Shown here one piece after another: positions 29,347 through 38,034 of a stretch of 64,000 nt of DNA; position 1 is the stretch's first letter; each line of letters opens with the position of its first letter. The DNA is taken from the NCBI GenBank assembly GCA_902782235.1, contig CACZML010000005.1, positions 1,091 through 65,090 on the forward strand, given 5' to 3'. The notes under the pieces are model-generated. The model did not search any database, was not told where the DNA came from, and saw nothing but the letters and a program-made list of their open reading frames with translations. The translations under genes and the position numbers were made by a program. The DNA comes from Oscillospiraceae bacterium (lineage in GTDB: Bacteria; Bacillota; Clostridia; Saccharofermentanales; Saccharofermentanaceae).

Positions 29347-30180
29347 TCAGACTGCTACCGGGATACCCTTGATCTTAGGGCCTGCCTCATAGCCTTCAAG
29401 TCTGATGTTATCTGTTGTGAATTGATAGAAATCAGTGATTCCTTCATCGAGAACGAGCTTCGGAGCCGGATACTTGGGCATCTCGATAAGCTCTTTTACG
29501 ATATCAACGTGTCTGTCATAGATGTGAGCATCAGCGATAACATGAACGAACTCACCTACTTCAAGACCTGAGCATCTTGCCATGAGATGAACGAGAACTG
29601 CATACTGGCAGACATTCCAGGCATTTGCAACAAGCATGTCGTTACTTCTCTGATTGAGGATCGCATTAAGTTTGTTGCCTGTTACGTTGAATGTCATTGA
29701 ATATGCACAGGGATAAAGATGCATCTCTGAAAGATCCTGATGAACATAGATGTTAGTCATGATCCTTCGTGATGAAGGATTGTTCTTAAGGTCATACAGC
29801 ACACGGTCGACCTGGTCGAACTCGCCTTCCTTGTACTTGTGCTTAACGCCCAGCTGATATCCGTAAGCTTTGCCGATAGAACCGGTCTCGTCAGCCCATG
29901 CATCCCAGATATGGGAATTAAGATCGTTTACGTTATTGGACTTCTTCTGCCAGATCCAGAGGAGCTCATCTACAGCTGCCTTGAAGTTGATCCAGCGCTG
30001 TGTGAACATCGGGAATTCCTCTGCCAGATTATAGCGGTTAACGATAGCAAATGCCTTGTAAGTATAGGCAGGAGCTCCGTCGTCAGCCCAATGGGGCCTT
30101 ACCTTGTCGTTGATGGTTGAATAGCCTGAATTAAGGATCGTTCTAATGTTCTCATCGAAAATATCATCTGCTCGACTCAT
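29347..30180 (-). CDS. thyA: Thymidylate synthase (start ATG 30180, or GTG 30189)
   Basis: ELLWIW, IWDAW, YGYQ, SRR, PC, QRSND, N..QY and DAHIYDRH. Confidence 0.95.
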   Translation of the reverse strand: MSRADDIFDENIRTILNSGYSTINDKVRPHWADDGAPAYTYKAFAIVNRYNLAEEFPMFTQRWINFKAAVDELLWIWQKKSNNVNDLNSHIWDAWADETGSIGKAYGYQLGVKHKYKEGEFDQVDRVLYDLKNNPSSRRIMTNIYVHQDLSEMHLYPCAYSMTFNVTGNKLNAILNQRSNDMLVANAWNVCQYAVLVHLMARCSGLEVGEFVHVIADAHIYDRHVDIVKELIEMPKYPAPKLVLDEGITDFYQFTTDNIRLEGYEAGPKIKGIPVAV

Positions 30181-30256
30181 GGAATCCACCGCCTTTTAAT
30201 TGATAAGTTTGATTATAACAATAAGTGCGGATTATTCGAACAAGAAAAATCAAACG

Positions 30257-31804
30257 TTATTTATTCAAACCATACAAAACGAACATCTCGTTTTCAAAAA
30301 CTGTCTCATTATCAGGAAGCTCGACCTCAAGTTCCCCTGTAAAACCTGTTTTGAACTTAAGATAGTAGTCTGCATCAGCCAGCTCATGACCGTTAACCCC
30401 GTATCTGAAGCTCTTACGGCCGGTATTAAGATAAAGCATTCTGGGCTTTTCGAAGCATATTACGCTTTGCGGGTCTGTATTACCGCTGATGTACTGATAA
30501 GTCTCTATTGCATAGGAAGAATAAGCATCTTCTTTCGGGTTCTCGCCCCAATGAGTAATGTTGTCATATGCTTTTCGCGCGCCATAAGAGCAAACATTAA
30601 TAAGCACCAAAACAGCAGTAATAACTATCAGCACCTTACAGATCTTTGGGATTACTGATGCCAATTTCTTCTTAACAGAATCCTTCTTTATCTTAGCCGC
30701 CATTTTCCTGCTGAACTTTTTGATAAGATCTGCCGCGAGAACAATACCATTTGCAGCGTAAAGCAGAACAAAAGGAAGAACATTATAGATATATCTGGGT
30801 CCCTGTACATAAGGAAGATTGCTGTTTGCGATTATCGTTCCCATGAGAAGCACTGTCAGATAAATGTTTTTCTTCTGAAAGCCCGTAACGATCATTCCCA
30901 CAAGGAATAAAACAAACAGGATATTGCCTTCGCCTGCAATGATCTTAAAATACTTGAAGATCATTTCGAGATAGTAATGGAATAGTGCGGATTTATCTAT
31001 CTGGACAGAGAAGTCACTGAAATTTGTTGTCGCGGGCAAGAGCCAGAGTCTTTCGGAGACAAGAACAAATAATCCGAAAAGCAAATATGGAAGCAGATGT
31101 TGAATGATCATGCGTTTGCGGTTAGAAGACTTTTTTACCAGAGGATAAAGAAGCAGTATATGTTCGGCAAACGCGAGAACACATACAGCCGAGCCGCTCA
31201 GACGGGTCTCATATGTAAACCATAAAGACAGGCTATAGACTATGCCAACAGCAATTACACTTCTTCCCTTTTCCTCAAGCCCGCATATACACTCCATCAG
31301 AAGTATCGTAAGTATACAGAAGAATACAAAAGGAATATCAGAATAAAGCTGGTTCAAAGCGCTGAACAGATAACTGCTCATGCAAAAGATAACGGAAAGA
31401 ACAAACGAGAAATGGACAGGAAGCCTTTTCCGGAATAAAAGGACGAGCGCGCCTGCCGTAAGCGCAAGACACAAAATCTGGGGCAATTTATAAAAGATAA
31501 CGGTATCGGCAGAAAATCCGGCAATCTTATATATTACTGACAATAAAAGCGGATAACCCCAGACATAAACGAGAGAGCCTGATTCAATTGCTTCCTGAGG
31601 AAGATCGGAAGGATGGTAGAAAAGATTCATCTGAGCCTGTTCGGGAAGCTTTCCATCAGCAATAGCTATTCCCTCACTGATATATGCGGCACAATCATCG
31701 CCCCAGGGATAAATACCTGTTGTAAGACTGAATGAACCGAACAGTAAAACTATAAGCGTTGCAGCTAATGCGAACAGCCAATCTGTTTTAGAAAATAATC
31801 TCAT
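30257..31804 (-). CDS. Multi-pass membrane protein, probable GT-C fold (ArnT/PMT-like) glycosyltransferase
   Basis: About 11-12 hydrophobic helices, WGDD..AY in the first loop, YxWGYP, SDIPF, RY..xLP and a soluble C-terminal domain. The family call is an inference. Confidence 0.6.
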   Translation of the reverse strand: MRLFSKTDWLFALAATLIVLLFGSFSLTTGIYPWGDDCAAYISEGIAIADGKLPEQAQMNLFYHPSDLPQEAIESGSLVYVWGYPLLLSVIYKIAGFSADTVIFYKLPQILCLALTAGALVLLFRKRLPVHFSFVLSVIFCMSSYLFSALNQLYSDIPFVFFCILTILLMECICGLEEKGRSVIAVGIVYSLSLWFTYETRLSGSAVCVLAFAEHILLLYPLVKKSSNRKRMIIQHLLPYLLFGLFVLVSERLWLLPATTNFSDFSVQIDKSALFHYYLEMIFKYFKIIAGEGNILFVLFLVGMIVTGFQKKNIYLTVLLMGTIIANSNLPYVQGPRYIYNVLPFVLLYAANGIVLAADLIKKFSRKMAAKIKKDSVKKKLASVIPKICKVLIVITAVLVLINVCSYGARKAYDNITHWGENPKEDAYSSYAIETYQYISGNTDPQSVICFEKPRMLYLNTGRKSFRYGVNGHELADADYYLKFKTGFTGELEVELPDNETVFENEMFVLYGLNK

Positions 31805-31860
31805 TAAACTTCCTGAACATAATAAGAACTCTACGAAAAGTCTAACACTAGCCGGAAATA

Positions 31861-31902
31861 ATAAAAAGGACTCTGATTATCACTAATCAAAGTCCTTTTA
31901 TT
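31861..31902 (-). terminator. Hairpin terminator after the tRNA-Pro pair
   Basis: AAAAGGACT.TGATTA-tcac-TAATCA.AGTCCTTTT inverted repeat. Confidence 0.75.
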
Positions 31903-31978
31903 GGTCGGAGTGACGGGACTTGAACCCACGACCTCTTGCTCCCTAAGCAAGCACTCTAGCCACCTGAGCTACACCCCG
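31902..31978 (-). tRNA. tRNA-Pro, anticodon AGG (A34; unusual in bacteria)
   Basis: CGGGGTG TA GCTC-AGGTGGCTA-GAGT G CTTGC-TT AGG GA-GCAAG AGGTC GTGGG-TTCAAGT-CCCGT CACTCCG A CCA. Full cloverleaf with C1:G72, A73, G37 and encoded CCA. Confidence 0.93.
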
Positions 31979-32007
31979 ATGATCTCTGACTCGTTAAGGA
32001 AAATTTT

Positions 32008-32083
32008 TGGTCGGAGTGGCGGGACTTGAACCCACGGCCTCCTGCTCCCGAAGCAGGCACTCTACCACCTGAGCCACACCCCG
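32008..32083 (-). tRNA. tRNA-Pro, anticodon CGG
   Basis: CGGGGTG TG GCTC-AGGTGGTA-GAGT G CCTGC-TT CGG GA-GCAGG AGGCC GTGGG-TTCAAGT-CCCGC CACTCCG A CCA. Confidence 0.97.
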
Positions 32084-32113
32084 TTGGAGTATTCCTCTAA
32101 CAAGCCTATAAAT

Positions 32114-32142
32114 CTTATAACAACGGAATAAATTATGCAAGA
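32114..32142 (-). promoter_or_regulatory. Sigma-A-like promoter of the tRNA-Pro pair
   Basis: Minus strand TTGCAT-17 nt-TAAGAT, about 30 nt upstream of tRNA-Pro(CGG). Confidence 0.55.
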
Positions 32143-32208
32143 CATATTTTCAAATAAGAAAAAATATCTTCTAAAAACCCGCAAACGCCCTAAAAATATG
32201 AATCAGAA

Positions 32209-32242
32209 AAAATAAAGGCTGCCACTTTTAAGTGACAGCCTC
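32209..32242 (-). terminator. Intrinsic terminator after ispH-rpsA
   Basis: Minus strand AGGCTGTCAC-ttaaaa-GTGGCAGCCT-TTATTTTT. Confidence 0.85.
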
Positions 32243-32262
32243 TAATGTAATCTGATAAATAA

Positions 32263-34284
32263 TTACTCTTCTGTTGTCTCAGCAGCTTCTTCAGCAGGTG
32301 CTTCCTCAGCAGCTTCCTCAGGGAGCTCAGGATCGATAGGAGCAACTTCCTTGATGGAGATAGAGATTCTTCTCTCCTCGGGTTCGATCTTGATAACCTT
32401 AGCCTGAACAACCTGGCCTACAGAAAGAGCATCCTCAGGCTTCTCAAGTCTTCTGGAAGAGATCTGGGAAACGTGGCAAAGTGCGTCGAGATCAGGCTCA
32501 AGCTGTACGAAAGCGCCGAACTTTGTGAGACGAACTACTGTACCCTGAACGATGCAGCCAACAGGCATTCTCTCTTCGATGTTGTAGTAAGGATCGTCCT
32601 CAAGCTTCTTGTAGCCAAGAGAGATCTTCTTTGTTTCCTTATCGAAAGACTTAACGTAAACGTCAACTTCCTCGCCAACCTTCAGAACGTCAGCAGGCTT
32701 AGCGTTGCGGCTCCATGAGAGCTCGGAAACGTGAACGAGACCATCAACACCGCCGATATCGATGAATGCACCGAAATCAACAAGGCTTCTAACAACACCG
32801 GTATAGTGCTTGCCTTCCTCGATGTTGTCCCAGATCTCAGCGCTCTTCTTGCGGCGCTCTTCGGAAACGATGATTCTGTGGCTTCCGGAGATTCTAAGAC
32901 GGCCCTTCTCTGTGTCGAACTTAGTTACGAGAACATCAAGTGTCTGGCCAACATAGGACTCGAGATCCTTAACTTCGCCTGTCTTGATCTGTGTTCTGTG
33001 GATATAGATATCAACGCCCTTGTAAGAACCGATAACGCCGTCCTTAACAGTACGTGTGATCTTAACTGAAATAGGAGTCTTGTTCTTGTAAGCTTCCTCG
33101 ATCTCAGCTCTGCCCTTCTCGGACTCTACGTCATTCTTAGAAAGGATGATTTCCTTGCCTTGATCGGAATTCTTGATGCTTCTGACCTTAACGGTGACTT
33201 CAACGTGCTCGGCAATTGCCTTGTCAAGATCGAATTCAGGATCCGAATCAAACTCCTTACGTGAAATTCTACCTTCGGACTTGTCGTGTACGTCTACGTA
33301 TACATAGTCGTCGTCTGCAGAGGTAATCGTGCCCTTTACTACAGCACCTCTTCTAACCTGCGCAATTAAATCGACAGCATTGGCAAACTCTGTGTCAAAG
33401 CCCTGATTTGTGATCTTTTCTTCTTCGTTCATTTGTTGAACAACCTCCAAAATAATAGCTTCCGGTGTAGATGCACCCGCTGTGATACCGACTTTATCAG
33501 TTGGAAGTATATCCCCATTTTGAATAAGGCTTCTAACCTCTGTGCCGGAATTCACAAGGAATGTTCTTGCACAACGACCTTTGCAGATGTCCAAAAGCTT
33601 AGTGGTGTTCGAACTGTGAGCAGAACCGATGACTATCATCGAATCTGATACCTCAGAGAGCGAAGCGGCTTCCTTTTGCCTACTTTCAGTCGTAATACAT
33701 ATTGTATCAAAAACATTATATTTTTCAATTTTATTTTTAACAATCTGGCATATTTTTTTAAAAGTATCGTTTGAAAAGGTAGTTTGCGATATCAAAATAG
33801 CGGATTCAAGGGGAAAATCGAGGCTTTCAAGATCCTCCGGAGCCTTTATAACAGCGCATTTCACGCCATAACCTTCTGCTTCTCCCAATATGCCGGTTAC
33901 CTCAGGATGTCCTTTGGTTCCTGCGATGATAATATTCATTCCCTTCTCCGCATTCTCCCTTACGATCTTGTGGATCTTGGCAACGAAGGGACAAGTCATG
34001 TCCCGTATATCGCAGTTTTTTGCCTTTAATATTCTTATCTCATCAGGAGTAACGCCGTGTGCTCTGACGATTACGACAGAATTTTCAGGACAGTCTTCTG
34101 CTTTTTCGCAGATTATAAATCCGCCTTTAACAAGCTGGTCAACAACATATTTGTTATGAACTATCTCGCCAAGCATCACGAGTTTTCTGCCGTCATTACC
34201 TGAACTGACTGCATCCTGTGCAGCCGTGACGGCATTCTTTACGCCAAAGCAGAAACCTGATGATCTAGCAACAGTTACGTTCAT
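32263..34284 (-). CDS. ispH: Bifunctional IspH / 30S ribosomal protein S1 fusion
   Basis: IspH GFCFGV, HN, TCPFV, HPEV, DTIC, SSNT and TAGASTP, followed by S1 repeats (DFGAFIDIGGVDGLVHVSELSW). Confidence 0.95.
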   Translation of the reverse strand: MNVTVARSSGFCFGVKNAVTAAQDAVSSGNDGRKLVMLGEIVHNKYVVDQLVKGGFIICEKAEDCPENSVVIVRAHGVTPDEIRILKAKNCDIRDMTCPFVAKIHKIVRENAEKGMNIIIAGTKGHPEVTGILGEAEGYGVKCAVIKAPEDLESLDFPLESAILISQTTFSNDTFKKICQIVKNKIEKYNVFDTICITTESRQKEAASLSEVSDSMIVIGSAHSSNTTKLLDICKGRCARTFLVNSGTEVRSLIQNGDILPTDKVGITAGASTPEAIILEVVQQMNEEEKITNQGFDTEFANAVDLIAQVRRGAVVKGTITSADDDYVYVDVHDKSEGRISRKEFDSDPEFDLDKAIAEHVEVTVKVRSIKNSDQGKEIILSKNDVESEKGRAEIEEAYKNKTPISVKITRTVKDGVIGSYKGVDIYIHRTQIKTGEVKDLESYVGQTLDVLVTKFDTEKGRLRISGSHRIIVSEERRKKSAEIWDNIEEGKHYTGVVRSLVDFGAFIDIGGVDGLVHVSELSWSRNAKPADVLKVGEEVDVYVKSFDKETKKISLGYKKLEDDPYYNIEERMPVGCIVQGTVVRLTKFGAFVQLEPDLDALCHVSQISSRRLEKPEDALSVGQVVQAKVIKIEPEERRISISIKEVAPIDPELPEEAAEEAPAEEAAETTEE

Positions 34285-34955
34285 TTATCTTCTTCATCCA
34301 AATGGCTTAAGAGGAATTCTCTTGTGCCTTCGATATCGTACTTGCCAGTATCGATTACGATAGCTTCAGGAACCTGTACAAGCGGCGATGTTGCTCTTGT
34401 GGAATCCTGTTCGTCTCTATATTTAATATCTCTTAATACTTCTTCATATGTCTGTGAATAATCACCTGCTGCATTAAGTTCTGCAAGTCTTCTCTCTGCT
34501 CTTACTTCAGGAGCGCAGACAACGAAGAACTTGTATTTAGCATCAGGAAGAACGACAGATGCGATATCTCTGCCGTCGAGTACGAATGTCTGATTCTTTG
34601 CAATCTCTCTCTGGAGTGCAACCATTGCTGTTCTTACAAAAGGAAGAGCGGAAATATCAGATGCGGCGATGGATGTCTGCGGAGTTCTGAGTTCACCTGT
34701 TACATCTTCACCGTCAAGGATCATGTGCTGAACGCCGTCAACGAAATCCACTTCGATCTTAACGTCATCCATCATCTTCTTTACAGCATCAGCATCCTTT
34801 GCATTAATGCCTCTCTTGATGGAAGCAACAGCACAAGTTCTGTACATAGCGCCGGTATCAAGATACATAATGCCGAGCTCTTTAGCGATGCCCTTTGCAA
34901 GAGTGCTCTTGCCTGATCCTGAAGGTCCGTCGATAGCGATCTGATAAATGCCCAT
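34281..34955 (-). CDS. cmk: Cytidylate kinase
   Basis: IAIDGPSGSGKST, LDTGAMYR, DGRDI and RDEQD..R..SPL. Confidence 0.96.
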   Translation of the reverse strand: MGIYQIAIDGPSGSGKSTLAKGIAKELGIMYLDTGAMYRTCAVASIKRGINAKDADAVKKMMDDVKIEVDFVDGVQHMILDGEDVTGELRTPQTSIAASDISALPFVRTAMVALQREIAKNQTFVLDGRDIASVVLPDAKYKFFVVCAPEVRAERRLAELNAAGDYSQTYEEVLRDIKYRDEQDSTRATSPLVQVPEAIVIDTGKYDIEGTREFLLSHLDEEDK

Positions 34956-34967
34956 AAATATACTCCT

Positions 34968-35855
34968 TTACAAAATATCTCCGTCTTCGGTTTTTCTGTC
35001 TCTTCCTGTCTCATATACACGGTACTGTGACCACAATGTCTCAAGAGATTCCAGTGATGACTGGATATGCTCTTTTCTGTGCATTCCGAGTGATACGAGC
35101 AGTGCGTTAATAAGTGAAAGCGGCGCTGTAAGCGAATCCACAAAAGATGCCATTGATGATTTCGCGAAAAGCTTGATATCGGCATATTCCGTCATTGCAG
35201 TGTCATCCTTATCGGTAATTGCAATGATCGTTGCGCCCTTCTTCTTTGCATATCCCATTGAGTTTATGGTTCTTGCTGAGTACCTCGGGAATGAGATTCC
35301 GATCATGACATCGCCTTCACCGATCGGCATAATCTGCTCGAAAAGCTCATTGGTACATGTACTTCTTACAAGTACCACGTCATCGAAAAGAAGCGTCATA
35401 TAAAAGTGCATGAACTCCGACAAAGGAGCCGATGCCCTGATTCCCATGATATATATCTTTCTTGCGCGGAGAATTGAATTTACCGCGTTTCCGAATTCCT
35501 TCTCATCAATTGAATTAAGTGAATCACGAAGATTGGCGATATCCTGTGCAACGACAGCCTTCAATGCATCGGTGTCATTTTCAAACTTCTCTGTAAGCCC
35601 TAATCTCTGTACGGATGTAAGCTTGGACTTAAGGTCTTCCTGCAAAGCCTTCTGGAATTCAGGATATCCCTCAAAACCAAGCTCTGTGGTAAATCTGACA
35701 ACAGTAGATTCAGATACGCCCACTTCCTCACCGAGCTTTGCTGCAGTCATGTAAGCAGCTTTGTCATAAGATTCCAGAATGAAGTTTGCAATGGCCTTAT
35801 GGCCCTTGCTCATATTAGAGACAGCACTCTCAATTAACTCAAGCGTCCCCGTCAT
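34968..35855 (-). CDS. MurR/RpiR family transcriptional regulator (alternative start 35873)
   Basis: HTH LGEEVGVSESTVVRF...LGFEGY plus SIS domain (ISFPRYS, AITD). Confidence 0.88.
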   Translation of the reverse strand: MTGTLELIESAVSNMSKGHKAIANFILESYDKAAYMTAAKLGEEVGVSESTVVRFTTELGFEGYPEFQKALQEDLKSKLTSVQRLGLTEKFENDTDALKAVVAQDIANLRDSLNSIDEKEFGNAVNSILRARKIYIMGIRASAPLSEFMHFYMTLLFDDVVLVRSTCTNELFEQIMPIGEGDVMIGISFPRYSARTINSMGYAKKKGATIIAITDKDDTAMTEYADIKLFAKSSMASFVDSLTAPLSLINALLVSLGMHRKEHIQSSLESLETLWSQYRVYETGRDRKTEDGDIL

Positions 35856-36507
35856 TTTCTTCACCTTCTTCATTCTCAGGCTTCGGTGCCATCAGACTCT
35901 CTATTGAGATCTGCTTGTCCTCACCGCCTGCGGCTTCCTTCAAAGAATCTTCCATATCTCTTATCGTCTGATAGCTCATGAGTTCGAGCGGCGGGAGATC
36001 CTTTACAGATTCTATTCCGAATTCAGTTAAAAACTTTCTGCTTGTCTTAAAAAGAGAAGGCCTGCCGGGAGCATCGAGATTACCTGCCTCTTCGATCCAT
36101 CCTCTGTCTAAAAGTCTGGATATGATCGAGTCGGAAGAAACACCTCTGACAAGTTCAACCTGGGCTCTTGTGCAGGGCTGGTTATAAGCAATAACAGCCA
36201 GTGTCTCATAAGATGCCTGTGAAAGCGGAGGAACCTGTCTGGGACCGAACATTCTGTCTAAGATCTTCTTCTGTGAAGGTCTTGTCATGATCGCATATGA
36301 ATCCTCGGTCTTTCTTATCTCAAGTCCTGACCAGGGATTGCCTGAATATCTGTCCATAAGGGACTTTAAAGCTTCGTTGACTGCATTTTTCGAGCAGTTG
36401 CAAATATCAGCCAGTTTATCGACTGAAACAGGGTCGCCTGAAACGAATAATATAGATTCGATCGCTGCGGGTAATTCCTGTGATGTTATCTTAAAATCGT
36501 CTTCCAT
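35839..36507 (-). CDS. scpB: SMC-Scp complex subunit ScpB
   Basis: IESILFVSG, LSQASYETLAVIAYNQPCTR, GRP..F.T...FL..FG and LP.L. Confidence 0.94.
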   Translation of the reverse strand: MEDDFKITSQELPAAIESILFVSGDPVSVDKLADICNCSKNAVNEALKSLMDRYSGNPWSGLEIRKTEDSYAIMTRPSQKKILDRMFGPRQVPPLSQASYETLAVIAYNQPCTRAQVELVRGVSSDSIISRLLDRGWIEEAGNLDAPGRPSLFKTSRKFLTEFGIESVKDLPPLELMSYQTIRDMEDSLKEAAGGEDKQISIESLMAPKPENEEGEENDGDA

Positions 36508-36509
36508 AT

Positions 36510-37271
36510 TTAGCCCTTTTTCTCTTCTATCGAGATCTCACCGAAGTTTCTGTCCTGTTCCACCGTTACCTTGTTGTCTCTTATAAGCTCTAATATCGCA
36601 AGGAAACTTACTACCTTATCCATCTTCTCCGCCTTCTTGCCAAACAGGCTGCTGAATAAGATCTTTCCCTTGCCCGTGATCGAGCGCCAGATCGACTTGA
36701 TCCTCTCTTTTACTGAACGCTTATCCCTTTGCAGGATGTGCGTGATCTTTGCGGAGATATCAGTAAAACGCTGCTCATTGCGCTCATTAATAAGTGCAAC
36801 GGCATCATTGAATTCTTCAATATCAAATGTCTGTTCAGCAGGCTTTAACGAGATACCAAGCTGTTTTGCAGTCGAAGCATAACGGAATCTTGCACCGTCA
36901 AACTTATCTCTTCTTTCTTTTAAGTCCTGCGCGAAAACACGGCATCTCTTATAACGCATGAGGGAGATGACAAGTTCTTCTCTTGGGTCAACGACATCAT
37001 CACCATTGCCGCCCAGAGCCGCCTGCATACCGGGAAGCATCATTCTGGACTTGATAGAGACCAGAGTAGCTCCCATAACAAGGAAGTCAGATGCCAGTTC
37101 CATATCGAACTCCTTCATGGATTCGATATAGTCCATATACTGGGCCGTAATGGTGCTTATCGGGATATCATAGATATCGACATCGTTCTTTTCGATCAGA
37201 TGCAAGAGCAGGTCCAGAGGGCCTTCGAATTGTCTTAATTTGATCTCCGGCTTTACAACTTGCTCAAGCAT
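36510..37271 (-). CDS. scpA: Segregation and condensation protein ScpA (start placed at ATG 37271)
   Basis: FEGPLDLLLHLI, IKSRMMLP and FLAILEL. Confidence 0.94.
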   Translation of the reverse strand: MLEQVVKPEIKLRQFEGPLDLLLHLIEKNDVDIYDIPISTITAQYMDYIESMKEFDMELASDFLVMGATLVSIKSRMMLPGMQAALGGNGDDVVDPREELVISLMRYKRCRVFAQDLKERRDKFDGARFRYASTAKQLGISLKPAEQTFDIEEFNDAVALINERNEQRFTDISAKITHILQRDKRSVKERIKSIWRSITGKGKILFSSLFGKKAEKMDKVVSFLAILELIRDNKVTVEQDRNFGEISIEEKKG

Positions 37272-37273
37272 TA

Positions 37274-38026
37274 TTACCCGACTCCCAAAGCCTTTGCGAC
37301 TAACATGATCAACGGATTGGTCAACAGGTTGATAATGAAATTGAACGGCCACTCAATGATTCCTATAAGCGTGCTTAATCCGGGTATATTGGTGAAATAT
37401 CCAAGAATAAAAACGACCCAGATGATATAAGGCGAGAACTGCTCGAACTTCCTGTATCCGTTGGAACTTCTGACCTTATAAGGCAGGCATTCCTCAAGAA
37501 CGTGGAAACCGTCCAGAGGCGGGATCGGAAGAAGGTTAAATCCCAAAAGCATCAACGAGATGATATTCGTATATGAGAACAGCATATAAAGCGCATAAAA
37601 AGGAGTCATCTGTTCTCCTACAGCGCCGGGATCAAACTTTACCGCAAGCACAGAGAAGAGACCTGCTAAAATAGCTGAAATAAGGCCTACTATAAAGTTT
37701 CCGGTAACACCTGCAAGATGAACCATAATGTTCATTCCGCGATAGCTTTTAAATCTTCTGAGATTCCTCGGATTATACATGACCGGCTTACCCCATCCGA
37801 ATCCTGCAACAAGCAAAAGGATGGTTCCGACCGGATCAAGGTGTGCCAAAGGATTAAGGGTAAGTCTGCCCATATTCCTCGGCGTAGGATCACCAAGCCA
37901 TACAGCCGTTGAAGCATGCATGAATTCATGCACGGAAAAAGACAGGGTCATAGCAAAAACGTAGATGATTACCATGAAGATAATCATCTGCGGTTCCAAT
38001 CCCGATCTGATAAGGCTTATGAGCAT
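37274..38026 (-). CDS. Site-2 protease family (M50) membrane peptidase
   Basis: HEFMH, GDPTP...GRLTLNPLAHLDP, GFGWGKPV and FNLLPIPPLDG. Confidence 0.9.
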   Translation of the reverse strand: MLISLIRSGLEPQMIIFMVIIYVFAMTLSFSVHEFMHASTAVWLGDPTPRNMGRLTLNPLAHLDPVGTILLLVAGFGWGKPVMYNPRNLRRFKSYRGMNIMVHLAGVTGNFIVGLISAILAGLFSVLAVKFDPGAVGEQMTPFYALYMLFSYTNIISLMLLGFNLLPIPPLDGFHVLEECLPYKVRSSNGYRKFEQFSPYIIWVVFILGYFTNIPGLSTLIGIIEWPFNFIINLLTNPLIMLVAKALGVG

Positions 38027-38034
38027 AAATTACC

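Noticed and set aside
30190-32262. Prophage or genomic island at the tRNA-Pro locus
   Set aside because: No integrase, no duplicated tRNA 3' end and no phage genes.
32263-34284. IspH-S1 fusion as a novelty
   Set aside because: A well-known, common arrangement in Clostridia.
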